A stretch of DNA of 64,000 nucleotides from contig JBCCHK010000008.1 in assembly GCA_039028835.1 (NCBI GenBank), forward strand, positions 6,698 to 70,697. Reading direction: 5' to 3'. Within the stretch, counting starts at the first letter, position 1; each line of letters opens with the position of its first letter. Under the pieces are notes generated by a model, which was given only the letters and a program-made list of their open reading frames with translations, had not been told where the DNA came from and did no database searches. The DNA is from Pseudomonadota bacterium. Lineage in GTDB: Bacteria; Pseudomonadota; Alphaproteobacteria; JBCCHK01. Both the position numbers and the translations under genes were made by a program. Positions 9,683-19,354 of the stretch are shown here, one piece after another.

Positions 9683-10183
9683 ATGAGCTCTAATCTTGGC
9701 AATCAGCACAATCAAGGGTATACTCCCACCAAGGAAGATGCCGCAGTGACTGTCACGCAATACAAGACCGCTGTCTTTAACAACCAGGACCCTCTGGTCG
9801 TCGAGCAACAAGCCCTCAAGTGGGTGAACGACAAGCTCGGCATGGCGAAAGGGGCTGGGGCGAACAGCATCCAGATGATTACAGCCCTGCACGAAAATCG
9901 TGAGCTGTGGCTGTGCCTCATGCATGATGTGGCCAGTGATGACAATGGCCTGTCTAAAGAGCTGAAGGCAAACATTGCCTCTCTGGCTTTGTGGGTCTAC
10001 CAGCACAGTGCCCGCGTTTTAGACGATGAGGCGGATGTGGAAGACCTGATTCACGTCAACAGCCTTATTGCTGAAGGTCTGCGCCAGGCCATGGAAAATC
10101 GTGCTGCGCAAGCCCCTGGGGCCAGCAAAGCCGCCCAAGGAGATCCCTCAGCGACACCTGGGCGGATCAGTTCCGAAGTTTAA
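9683..10183 (+). CDS. flaF: Flagellar biosynthesis regulator FlaF.
   Basis: The 'NRELWLCLMHDVASDDNGLSKELKANIASLALWVYQHSARVL' block matches the FlaF family pattern and lies immediately downstream of a flagellin-like gene. No flbT partner is present. Confidence 0.6.
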   Translation: MSSNLGNQHNQGYTPTKEDAAVTVTQYKTAVFNNQDPLVVEQQALKWVNDKLGMAKGAGANSIQMITALHENRELWLCLMHDVASDDNGLSKELKANIASLALWVYQHSARVLDDEADVEDLIHVNSLIAEGLRQAMENRAAQAPGASKAAQGDPSATPGRISSEV

Positions 10184-10198
10184 CGACCTTTTGACGCT

Positions 10199-11194
10199 CT
10201 AGGCGCGGCGATCAGAGATTTGTCGCGCCAAGTCCGCCAGAAGATCGATAACCTCGGGCCGGGAGGTTTTTATCAGCGGCAGGCTCTCGATGGCTTTTTG
10301 GCTATATTCTTGTGCAAGGGCGCGGGTGTGCTCCAGGCCCTCATACTTTACGATCAATTCCTGGGCGCGGGGCAAGTCCCGGCGATTGCCCTTGCCTAAC
10401 GCCTTCTGCCAGAAGGCTTTTTCCGTTGCCGTGCCATTCTGATAGGCCAAAATGAGTGGCAAGGTCGGTTTGCCACTCAATAGGTCATGCCCTGTGGGTT
10501 TCCCCAAGGTCTGCACATCCGAATCATAATCCAAGGCATCGTCCGTCAATTGAAAAGCCATCCCGATATTCATCCCAAAAATACCGGCGGCCTCACAGGA
10601 CGCCTGGGGGGCGTCGGTGACCATCGCGCCCACAGCGCAGGCCGACTCAAACAGCACGGCTGTTTTTGAGCGGATGACCTCTAAATAACGCTCCTGGGTG
10701 AGGGCCGCGTCACCGCTGTGAATCATCTGGGTGACCTCACCGGCAGAGATGATCGCTGCCGTGCCCGAAAGCACCTCTAGAATACGGATATCGTCACTGC
10801 GCACCATCATTTGAAAGGCGCGGGCAAAGAAATAATCTCCCACCAGGACGCTCACTTGATTGCCAAAAATCATATGGGCACTCGTGCGCCCCCGCCGGGA
10901 CGGACTTTCGTCGATCACGTCGTCATGGAGCAAGGTGGCCGTATGAATTGCCTCAACCGCGGCGGCAAGCTCGATGTGATGGCCCCGTGGGTTGCGGGTG
11001 CCGGTGCACGCCGCAAACGCCAAGGTTAACAGTGGGCGAATCCGCTTGCCCCCAGCGGTAAAAATATAGGTGATAAGTTTGGGAATCAGAGCAATATCGC
11101 TCGCGGCCATGTCTTTGATGTGGCCATCCACCTGGGCAAGGTCATCGGCCAGCAAGGCGGTCAGGCGATCGATCGGGGCGGGTTCTTTCATCAA
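10199..11194 (-). CDS. ispB: Polyprenyl diphosphate synthase (octaprenyl diphosphate synthase-like).
   Basis: The first DDxxD motif 'LLHDDVIDES' and the second DD motif 'FQLTDDALD' identify the trans-IPPS fold. Confidence 0.8.
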   Translation of the reverse strand: MMKEPAPIDRLTALLADDLAQVDGHIKDMAASDIALIPKLITYIFTAGGKRIRPLLTLAFAACTGTRNPRGHHIELAAAVEAIHTATLLHDDVIDESPSRRGRTSAHMIFGNQVSVLVGDYFFARAFQMMVRSDDIRILEVLSGTAAIISAGEVTQMIHSGDAALTQERYLEVIRSKTAVLFESACAVGAMVTDAPQASCEAAGIFGMNIGMAFQLTDDALDYDSDVQTLGKPTGHDLLSGKPTLPLILAYQNGTATEKAFWQKALGKGNRRDLPRAQELIVKYEGLEHTRALAQEYSQKAIESLPLIKTSRPEVIDLLADLARQISDRRA

Positions 11195-11259
11195 GGTAGT
11201 CCGTTATACTAATCCATTGTTTGCGGGCAACTTTTTCTGCCCCTATAGTGTAGGCTAAG

Positions 11260-12645
11260 GTGTTGGTCGCGCGATGTCCTATGCGCTCGCGAGCCTTATT
11301 GACCTGTGACCCATGCGAGCTAAGTTTTTTTATGAAACAAAACCTCATAAGACGATGTTTGAGCCGATTTTATGGCACTGTCATAGTTCTGGCGATAGGG
11401 ACTTTGGTCTCATTGGTCAGTGCGGCGCAAAACAATGGCTCAAGCAATGCCCCAGCCAGCGCTCAAGACCTGCAGGGCATTGCCGCCATTGTTGGGGACG
11501 ATCTTATCACAATGGCGGATGTTCGTCGTCGCATGCAACTTGTGGCCACCACGTCCAACCTTAATCTGAGCCAAGAGCAGCTTAGGGGGTTTGCCCTTCA
11601 AACCACGCGTGAGCTGATCGATGAGCGCTTACAAACCAAGGCCGCTGATGATGTAGAGATCGACTTGCAGGAAGATTTTGTGAATGAGGCACTCGATACG
11701 GTTGCCCAACGCAACGGCTATCAGGGTGCTGCAGAACTGGCCCAAGTCTTACAAGCGGGCGGATCGGATATCGATGAGCTACGGGCACGGTTGCAAGTCG
11801 AAATTCGCTGGGTTGATGCCGTCAAACGGCGCTGGCAGGGGCAGGTTTTTATCAGCGAAGCCGCCATCGATGAGGAACTGGCTTCCCTCGAGCGCCTCAA
11901 GGGGGAGCGGGAATATCTGCTCAGTGAGTTATTTTTACCGGTCACTGCCGGGGATAATGAGGTATCTGTGCAACAGTTTGCCTATGACCTTCGCGCCCAA
12001 ATCAACAGCGAGCAGGATTTTGCACGCCTGGCGGCGCAGTTTTCTGCCGGGATCAACCAAACCGGTGATCTGGGCTGGGTGCGAGAGGGCTCGCTCTCCA
12101 GTATTCGTCAAGCCGCCCTTAAGGCTATGAGTGTGGGCGATGTGGTTGGCCCCATCCGTGTGCCGGAGGGGTACATTTTGCTGAACTTGCGCGCACAACG
12201 TTTGATTGGTGAAGCCTCGCCTTTGGATACAAGTGTATTATTGGCACGGCTGATGATCGGGGCGGGCGACCCGCGCGAGCCGGCGCGGTTGTTTGGTTCG
12301 ATACTCGCGCAAGCGGGGGGATGCGACCAACTTGCGGGATTGGCGGTGCAAAACAATCTGCCTGCCCAGGATATCATTCTTGGTCGGGGCCGTCTGGGCG
12401 ACTTGCCGCCAGACTATATCAATGCGGTGGCTGAGCTTGCTTTGGGGGAAGCCACCGAGATTATCGACTTTGGCGACATGACGGGTATTTTGATCGTTTG
12501 TGATCGGCAAGAGGCGCCGCCGCCATCCCCGCCCACACGCGATCAAGTGCGTTTCCAGCTTGAGAGTATGGCCTTTGATCTTGTCGCGCGGCGCTGGCTG
12601 GATGACTTACGCCGCGATACCTATGTAGAGATCCGCATTCAGTGA
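11260..12645 (+). CDS. surA: Periplasmic chaperone / peptidyl-prolyl isomerase SurA.
   Basis: A signal peptide, a SurA N-domain and a parvulin region are present. It heads the canonical surA-pdxA-rsmA cluster. The true start is probably an internal Met (~11333). Confidence 0.7.
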   Translation: MLVARCPMRSRALLTCDPCELSFFMKQNLIRRCLSRFYGTVIVLAIGTLVSLVSAAQNNGSSNAPASAQDLQGIAAIVGDDLITMADVRRRMQLVATTSNLNLSQEQLRGFALQTTRELIDERLQTKAADDVEIDLQEDFVNEALDTVAQRNGYQGAAELAQVLQAGGSDIDELRARLQVEIRWVDAVKRRWQGQVFISEAAIDEELASLERLKGEREYLLSELFLPVTAGDNEVSVQQFAYDLRAQINSEQDFARLAAQFSAGINQTGDLGWVREGSLSSIRQAALKAMSVGDVVGPIRVPEGYILLNLRAQRLIGEASPLDTSVLLARLMIGAGDPREPARLFGSILAQAGGCDQLAGLAVQNNLPAQDIILGRGRLGDLPPDYINAVAELALGEATEIIDFGDMTGILIVCDRQEAPPPSPPTRDQVRFQLESMAFDLVARRWLDDLRRDTYVEIRIQ

Positions 12646-13628
12646 CCGCCTTGTCTGCGCGTCTCCCGATTGCGCTCACGATGGGCGAGCCTTCGGGCAT
12701 CGGGCCCGATCTTATCTTATTAAGTTGGCGTGCGTTAAAAGCACCTTTTCTATGTGTTGGTGATCCGGCGGTACTCATTGAACGGTCAAAACTTTTATCC
12801 TGTCCGTTGCCTTCCATTGAGATTATAGAAAATCCGTCCCAAGCCGAGGCGTTATTTGGTAAGGCAATTCCTGTGACTCCTATACCGTTGCCGGGGAAAG
12901 TGCGTGCGGGTGTACCAAATATAGAAAACACCGCAGCAGTCATTGAGAGTTTGAAGAAAGCAGCGCAATGGGCCTGTGCAAGGCAAGTGCGCGCGCTAGT
13001 GACCGCACCAATCTTAAAGGCTGCGCTACGTGAGGGGGGCTTTGCTTTTGCCGGTCATACGGACTTTCTTGCTGCCCAGGCGGGAGGATGCAATCCGGTG
13101 ATGATCTTATATGCGCAGGATCTATGTGTTGTGCCGGCAACCATTCATCTGCCCCTTGCCGAGGTCCCTTCAGCGCTGAGTGTTCCGCTCTTGCTTGAGA
13201 CATTTTGTGCCACCGATCAGTTTTTGCGTGAGAGACTCGCGATCACCACCCCGCAGATTGCCGTGTGCGGCCTCAATCCTCACGCCGGAGAGGACGGTTG
13301 GCTTGGTCGAGAAGAGCAAGAGATTATCATTCCCGCGATCAAGGCCGCGCGTCATAAAGGCGTTTCGCTTTCTCAGCCTTTGGCTGCCGATGGGATCTTT
13401 GCCAGCAACCCGCACCAATGGGATGCCATTATCGGGATGTATCACGATCAAGTCCTTGCGCCGTTTAAGGCGTTGGCGTTCGATCAGGGGGTCAATATCA
13501 CGGCTAACTTGCCTTTCGTGCGCACCAGCCCTGATCATGGTACAGCTCTTTCACTGGCGGGCACTCAAAACATCGATCTCCGGAGTTTCCTTGCGGCCTT
13601 TGCCCTTGCGGATCGGCTTTCGGCGTGA
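12642..13628 (+). CDS. pdxA: 4-hydroxythreonine-4-phosphate dehydrogenase.
   Basis: The motifs 'MGEPSGIGPDL', 'GHTDFLA' and 'NPHAGE' are present. It overlaps surA by 4 nt. Confidence 0.85.
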   Translation: MTALSARLPIALTMGEPSGIGPDLILLSWRALKAPFLCVGDPAVLIERSKLLSCPLPSIEIIENPSQAEALFGKAIPVTPIPLPGKVRAGVPNIENTAAVIESLKKAAQWACARQVRALVTAPILKAALREGGFAFAGHTDFLAAQAGGCNPVMILYAQDLCVVPATIHLPLAEVPSALSVPLLLETFCATDQFLRERLAITTPQIAVCGLNPHAGEDGWLGREEQEIIIPAIKAARHKGVSLSQPLAADGIFASNPHQWDAIIGMYHDQVLAPFKALAFDQGVNITANLPFVRTSPDHGTALSLAGTQNIDLRSFLAAFALADRLSA

Positions 13629-14407
13629 TCCCGCGGGCCTACAAGTCTTATGGGCAGCATTTTTTGCTCAATCCGGTCATCTGTCGCGAGATTGTTGCCG
13701 GGGCAGGTGACCTTAGTAAGGCTTGGGTTGTGGAGGTGGGGCCAGGGCCGGGCACTCTCACCCAATGCTTGATCGACAGCGATGCACGCAAGATTATTGC
13801 GATTGAAAAAGATGGTCGATTTATAGAAAATATAAGAAGCCTGGATCAAGAGAAGCTCGAGGTCATTCATGAGGATGCGCTTGTATGGTTACGGACGTGG
13901 CAAGACCCGTGTCCTCATCGTCCTTTAGTTATGATTGCGAATCTTCCTTATAACATTTCTACCCCCTTACTCATCACATGTTTACGCAGAGGATTATTTG
14001 ATCGTCTGATTATCACCGTGCAAAAAGAGGTTGCAGACCGTCTCATCGCCAAGGTGGGCTCACGCAATTATTCACGATTATCAGTCATGGCCCAGTGGCG
14101 TGCGCAGGTGCAAAGGTTTCGAGTTTTACAGCCCGGTGCTTTTACACCGCCACCCAAAGTCCGTAGCGCGGTCGTGCGCATGGATGTTGCCAGAGCCGAT
14201 CCGTTGTGGGCGACGATGGAAATGGTGGTGGCGGCCGGATTTTCTCAGCGGCGTAAGACCCTGCGCGCCTCGTTGCGTCGCCTGGATCCGGACGGGGCGC
14301 ATCTCTCAGCGGCGAAGATTGATCCTGGATTGCGGGCGCAAAATCTCACGCCGGCGCAATTTTATGCGCTTGCCCGTCGCTTCGCCAAAACGGCATTACC
14401 AAAATAG
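13625..14407 (+). CDS. rsmA: 16S rRNA (adenine1518/1519-N6)-dimethyltransferase RsmA/KsgA.
   Basis: The motifs 'GQHFLLNP', 'VVEVGPGPGTLT' and 'ANLPYNISTP' are present. Confidence 0.85.
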   Translation: MIPRAYKSYGQHFLLNPVICREIVAGAGDLSKAWVVEVGPGPGTLTQCLIDSDARKIIAIEKDGRFIENIRSLDQEKLEVIHEDALVWLRTWQDPCPHRPLVMIANLPYNISTPLLITCLRRGLFDRLIITVQKEVADRLIAKVGSRNYSRLSVMAQWRAQVQRFRVLQPGAFTPPPKVRSAVVRMDVARADPLWATMEMVVAAGFSQRRKTLRASLRRLDPDGAHLSAAKIDPGLRAQNLTPAQFYALARRFAKTALPK

Positions 14408-14415
14408 ATTTTTAT

Positions 14416-15246
14416 CTATCCCGTAGGGGGCGTGTATTCGATAAATTCGCTGATCGGCAGGATGGTAATATTTTGCTGGGGCAAATTATCTATCCACGCT
14501 GCCAGTGTGGGAAGAATCTGTGGTGAGACATTGATATGCACAATGCCGCCACGGTTTCTATGAATCTCACGGCTTAGGCTGTTAAGAAATAGTTCAAAAT
14601 CCTGCGTGGATGGCCCCCACCAATAAGACCAGGTTATCCGTGTTGAATCGGTCGTCATTGTAATCAGTCTTGTCCCATCGATGATCGTTACAGATTCATC
14701 TGCAAAATAATCGACAACCTTTTCTATAATGGGGGAGTTTTTCTCAAAGTTCGCAATTCCGCCGCCCGGTACAGTCATCACAACCCCATTAATCATATTC
14801 TTTAATTTTAAGATCGGTTGGGCAAAAGAAAGATTCTCATTTTCTGTCAAGGTTGGCGAAAGGGCCATCGGTCCCGGATCATTGATGGGATATGTGGTGG
14901 ACTGCACGGGCAGCTCGATCAAGGTCTCACGTTGCAAGTTTCTATTGCGCGATAACCACCGTTCCAGATCGCTGGTATAAGGAGAAAAAACCAAGGTGAC
15001 CGAGGTCGGGAGCCCCTCGATCGTGGCGCGCATCACATCACGCGCAAGGCCGATGGGGCCAATCAGCAAGGCAATGGGGAGCATCCCATCGCTGGTTTGG
15101 ATATCGAGCTGCTCGGAAAACCTTTGGGCGCGCTCTTCACTCGGTTCGGTTTGGAACCCTAGCCACAAGGTGATCCCAATCCCAAGCGTAATCACGAGCG
15201 CAACAACGCAAATCAGAGCAACGACGTACAGCTTGAGGCGGATCAT
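14416..15246 (-). CDS. Divergent polysaccharide deacetylase family protein (YibQ-like).
   Basis: It is an N-terminal TM protein sitting immediately downstream of ctpA and envC, as E. coli yibQ does. Confidence 0.5.
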   Translation of the reverse strand: MIRLKLYVVALICVVALVITLGIGITLWLGFQTEPSEERAQRFSEQLDIQTSDGMLPIALLIGPIGLARDVMRATIEGLPTSVTLVFSPYTSDLERWLSRNRNLQRETLIELPVQSTTYPINDPGPMALSPTLTENENLSFAQPILKLKNMINGVVMTVPGGGIANFEKNSPIIEKVVDYFADESVTIIDGTRLITMTTDSTRITWSYWWGPSTQDFELFLNSLSREIHRNRGGIVHINVSPQILPTLAAWIDNLPQQNITILPISEFIEYTPPTG

Positions 15247-16652
15247 TACGGGGCGGCAGATAAGATGGCGTTGCTTTGCAAGATCTGTAGGGCAATTTTG
15301 AGTTGATAGTCGGTCTGGGGGTCGTAGATATTATCCAACGCACGTAGGGCACTGTTTTGTGGCAGTGCATTGTTGTCTTGGGAAGAATCCTCTTGAGAGT
15401 CCTTATCCTCAGACGTGCTTGGTTCGTCTTGTGTCTCATCTCGGGCGGACTCGTCGCGCTCATCACCTCGTTCTTGGCTCAGCGCACCGGTCAGGTCCGC
15501 CTCACGCAGATCGCTATGCTCATCTTCCACCAAGGTGGCCTCTTGAATTTCAATATCAGGGCTCACCCCCAAGGCTTGAATCGACCGCCCCGAAGGCGTG
15601 TAGTAACGTGCCGAGGTCAGTTTGATCGCGTGAGAGGGCGGCAGATCAAAGAGCGATTGCACCGAGCCCTTGCCGAAACTCCGGGTGCCCAAGATCAGTG
15701 CTCGTTGATGGTCTTGCAAGGCGCCGGCGACAATTTCCGAAGCTGATGCGGAACCGGCATTGATAATGATCACCAGCGGCAGACCATCGGTCATATCGCC
15801 GCGGGTTGCGTTATAGCGCTTGCCACTGCGGCGGTCACGAATAGACACAATCTCCCCTCGGCTTAAAAAGGTATCGCTGACACTGATGGCTTGTTCGAGC
15901 AAGCCGCCGGGGTTGTTGCGTAAATCGATCACCAGGCCAACGAGCGGCGGTTGATCGTTTGTGGTTTCACGCAGGCTTTTAATGGCATCGTGCAAACCGA
16001 CGGTGGTTTGGCCGGTAAAGTTACTGATGCGGATAATGCCGACCCCATCGATCCGCTGAAACCAAACAGAGGGCAAGGTGATGCTCTCGCGAACCAGGGT
16101 GACCTCAAAGGGTGCCCCCCCATCGCGCGCGATGGAGATCGTGATCGATGTGCCGACCTCGCCGCGGAGCAAACTGACAGCTTGTGATAAGCTCATGTCT
16201 TCAAAAGACACGTCATCGCCCGCTAAGATGACGTCTCCCGGTTGTAGGCCTGCGCGAAACGCTGGGGTGCCATCGATGGGCGAGACCACCACCAGCTCGC
16301 GATCGCGATAAGATAGCTCTAGGCCGATGCCGCCGAATGTGCCGCGATTAATCGTGGTGATGTCTTCCATTTCCTCCTTATCGAGCAAGGCTGAATGGGG
16401 ATCGAGCGAACTGAGCATGCCCTCAATGGCGGCATCGATGAGTTTTTCTTCATCAGGGGCTTCTACATAACGCTCCCGCACGTTTTCCAGCACTCGGACA
16501 AACAGATCGAGTTTTTCATAGATGGCATCGTCTTTTTCGCTGTCCGTTTGGCCATAGACGGCTCCCGTCATAAGCAAGGCAAGCGCGCATAAAGCTCCTA
16601 TAAGCGTGCGAGGCAGGGGCATCGAAGAAAACAAAGAGGACGATAAAAACAT
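15246..16652 (-). CDS. ctpA: Carboxyl-terminal processing protease (S41).
   Basis: A PDZ domain and the S41 core 'LVIDLRNNPGG' are present, with a signal peptide and an acidic C-terminal extension. Confidence 0.8.
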   Translation of the reverse strand: MFLSSSLFSSMPLPRTLIGALCALALLMTGAVYGQTDSEKDDAIYEKLDLFVRVLENVRERYVEAPDEEKLIDAAIEGMLSSLDPHSALLDKEEMEDITTINRGTFGGIGLELSYRDRELVVVSPIDGTPAFRAGLQPGDVILAGDDVSFEDMSLSQAVSLLRGEVGTSITISIARDGGAPFEVTLVRESITLPSVWFQRIDGVGIIRISNFTGQTTVGLHDAIKSLRETTNDQPPLVGLVIDLRNNPGGLLEQAISVSDTFLSRGEIVSIRDRRSGKRYNATRGDMTDGLPLVIIINAGSASASEIVAGALQDHQRALILGTRSFGKGSVQSLFDLPPSHAIKLTSARYYTPSGRSIQALGVSPDIEIQEATLVEDEHSDLREADLTGALSQERGDERDESARDETQDEPSTSEDKDSQEDSSQDNNALPQNSALRALDNIYDPQTDYQLKIALQILQSNAILSAAP

Positions 16653-16661
16653 CTGTTGGCC

Positions 16662-17543
16662 TTAGGTCTGGGGGCGAGCCAACACAAAAGTCGGTGCCGA
16701 AAGGGGGTCTATGGGCATGCCATGTTCACGGAGTTCAAAGTATACACTGGTCACAGGTGCAGAGGTCATGAGCGATGATCGGCGTGCTTGGGGACTTGCC
16801 TGGGCCACCACGGCCCCTTGCTCGAATTCCTGGCCGATTTCTGCCGCGACGTCGTCCACTCCCACGAACAGGGAATGATAGCCGTCAGGGTGCTCAATAA
16901 TCAAGGTGCGACCATAGCGGTCGATCTCGCCGACGAACTCGACAATACCCGGTAGGGGAGAGCGAATGCCCTCACCGGGGGTAGCGGTAAAGATAATCCC
17001 TAAGGACGAAGTACCGTTTGGTAACGCCTCGCCAAAGCGCACGATCATGTCTCCTTTAAGGGGCATTTGGATTTCGATTTGCTCAGCGGCGGGAGAAGGC
17101 AAGCGGGTGGGCTTAGGTAAACTCGCCAGACGTTTTTGCGCTTGGTTACGCAAGGCCAACAGCGCTTGAAGGCGCACGACCGACTCATGCAAATCCTGCC
17201 GATTGATCGGCGAGAGCGCCAGATGGTGCATGAGCGCATGGTAGCTGGCTTCCCGCTGTGGCTGCGGTGCGCGCAATAAACGCAGGATCAGGGACTGGTC
17301 GTCTTGGGTGGTGGTATAGGCAAGGGCGCCGCGTCGCCGTTTTTGGTGATCGTCGATACTCGCGATGCTTTGTTTGCGCTGGACATCCAGGGCGGCGATG
17401 TCTTGCTGCAGGGTTTCGATATAGGCCCGGAGCTCCTGTGCGGCCTGTTGCGGGCCTGGCTCCTGTGCAACCAACGCGCGGAACGGCATCACGCCTGTCA
17501 AGGTAGCGGCAATAAGCGTAGCGATCATAAAATCTCGGGGCAT
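16662..17543 (-). CDS. M23/LytM-domain murein hydrolase activator (EnvC-like).
   Basis: A coiled-coil N-region is followed by a C-terminal LytM domain ('HSLFVGVDD', 'YFELREHGMPIDP'). The start is shortened to an internal Met to avoid overlap with gpmI. Confidence 0.65.
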   Translation of the reverse strand: MPRDFMIATLIAATLTGVMPFRALVAQEPGPQQAAQELRAYIETLQQDIAALDVQRKQSIASIDDHQKRRRGALAYTTTQDDQSLILRLLRAPQPQREASYHALMHHLALSPINRQDLHESVVRLQALLALRNQAQKRLASLPKPTRLPSPAAEQIEIQMPLKGDMIVRFGEALPNGTSSLGIIFTATPGEGIRSPLPGIVEFVGEIDRYGRTLIIEHPDGYHSLFVGVDDVAAEIGQEFEQGAVVAQASPQARRSSLMTSAPVTSVYFELREHGMPIDPLSAPTFVLARPQT

Positions 17544-17569
17544 CGTTATACAAATCGTTATACAAAAGG

Positions 17570-19099
17570 TTAAGGCGATATCAAGGATTGCCCAGTCATA
17601 GGAGCGCTGACCGGTAGGTTCATCATGCCAAGCAACGTCGGCGCGAGATCGGCCAGGCGGCCATCGCGCAGGCGGGCCTCGGGGCGGCCGGCTAAAATGA
17701 TTGGCACCGGGTTTGTGGTGTGGGTTGTGTGGGGCTTGCCGTCCTCGTCTTCCATGCATTCGCAATTGCCATGATCGGCGGTGACGATCATCTGGCCGCC
17801 CTGTTGCTCCAGAGCCTTCCACAACCGTCCCAGACACCGATCCACTGTTTCGCAGGCGGTGATTGCAGACTTGAGATCGCCGGTGTGGCCAACCATGTCC
17901 GGGTTGGCGTAGTTCACCACCAGCAAGTCCGGGGGGTCGTTGTTAAGGCGCGCGATGAGTTTATCGGTGAGGGGCACGGCAGACATATCCGGGGCCTGGT
18001 CGTAGGTGGCAACCTTGGGGGAGGGGATGAAAATCCGATCTTCCCGGGCGAAGGGTTCTTCCCGTCCCCCGTTTAAGAAGTAGGTCACGTGGGGATACTT
18101 TTCGGTTTCGGCAGCGCGCACCTGACTGAGCCCGGCTTTGGCGACGAGCTCGCCGAGCACACCCGTGAGATTCTGCGCGGCAAACAGCACCTGAAGCGGG
18201 AGGGATAGGCCGTAGTCAGTCATGGTCACAGCCAGGCCAAGCCGGGGGGCATCATCGATGGCAAACGCGTTAAACTTTGGATCGAGCAAGGCGGTGAGGA
18301 TTTGCCGCACCCGGTCTGCGCGGAAATTGCCACAAAGCACGCCCTCGCCTTTTTGCATGCCTTGGTAGTTCCCGATCACCGTGGGTTTGATGTGCTCATC
18401 GCTTAGGCCCATCTCGTAACCTTGGCTGAGGGCAGCCTCGGCCGTCTCGGCGGGTACGATCGTTTGACCGTCGCAGGCGCGCTTGCCTTGGGTTAAAGCG
18501 CGCCAGGCCAGAGCTGTACGATCCCAGCGTCGATCCCGATCCATGGCATAAAACCGCCCGATGACGGTGGCGATGGTGATCTTGGGGTCATCGGCGCAGA
18601 GCTGGATAAAGGGTTTTATGTCTTGCGCCGCCATGCTCGGCGGGCGATCCCGCCCATCGCTCCATAGGTGCAGGAAAACCCGGCATCCCTTGACCGCCAG
18701 AGCCTTGGCCAGCGCGATGAGGTGATCACTGTGGGCATGAACGCCGCCAGTGGAGGCGAGTCCCATCAGATGACAGACCCCGGCCTTAGCCAGGCGGGCT
18801 AAGAGCAGGTGATCGGCGAGGGTGCCGTCGGTCACTGCGGTGCTGATCCGTGGCAAGTCTTGCATCACCACCCGTCCGGCGCCGATGTTCAGGTGGCCAA
18901 CCTCGGAGTTGCCAAACTGACCCGCGGGGAGTCCCACGTCTTCACCGTGGGTCGTTAACAGGGCATGGGGACAGGTGTGCCAGAGGTGATCCATCGTTGG
19001 GGTGCGGGCAAGCAAAGGCGCGTTGCCGCGATGGTCTTTGCGGTAACCCCAGCCATCGAGAATACATAAGGTCACAGAAGAGGCGGGAGAGGACGGCAT
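17570..19099 (-). CDS. gpmI: 2,3-bisphosphoglycerate-independent phosphoglycerate mutase.
   Basis: The N-terminus 'VTLCILDGWG' and the metalloenzyme-domain motifs 'GNSEVGHLNIGAGR' and 'TADHGN' are present. Confidence 0.85.
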   Translation of the reverse strand: MPSSPASSVTLCILDGWGYRKDHRGNAPLLARTPTMDHLWHTCPHALLTTHGEDVGLPAGQFGNSEVGHLNIGAGRVVMQDLPRISTAVTDGTLADHLLLARLAKAGVCHLMGLASTGGVHAHSDHLIALAKALAVKGCRVFLHLWSDGRDRPPSMAAQDIKPFIQLCADDPKITIATVIGRFYAMDRDRRWDRTALAWRALTQGKRACDGQTIVPAETAEAALSQGYEMGLSDEHIKPTVIGNYQGMQKGEGVLCGNFRADRVRQILTALLDPKFNAFAIDDAPRLGLAVTMTDYGLSLPLQVLFAAQNLTGVLGELVAKAGLSQVRAAETEKYPHVTYFLNGGREEPFAREDRIFIPSPKVATYDQAPDMSAVPLTDKLIARLNNDPPDLLVVNYANPDMVGHTGDLKSAITACETVDRCLGRLWKALEQQGGQMIVTADHGNCECMEDEDGKPHTTHTTNPVPIILAGRPEARLRDGRLADLAPTLLGMMNLPVSAPMTGQSLISP

Positions 19100-19186
19100 T
19101 GACCTGCAAGGTAAAACTTAATTATTAAGAGATGACAAGTAAGTATTTTCAATTTTGGCGCGATTCGGTACACTGTTGACGACATT

Positions 19187-19212
19187 GTTGTAAGTCACCG
19201 TTGTAAGTCACC
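19187..19212. repeat. 13-bp perfect tandem direct repeat ×2 (ttgtaagtcaccg) in the gpmI / Sel1-gene divergent intergenic region.
   Basis: Read directly from 'gacattgttgtaagtcaccgttgtaagtcaccgctc'. Confidence 0.85.
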
Positions 19213-19354
19213 GCTCAAGGGAATCATACCAGGAAAACGTCCCCGCGCATCCCCAAACGAGAAACCAGCGTCATAGTCGTGACGCAGTTATCCCAAATGT
19301 TTGCTTTGGCCCTACCCCTGGAAGGCCCCTTCACCGCACGATACCATAAGGCGT

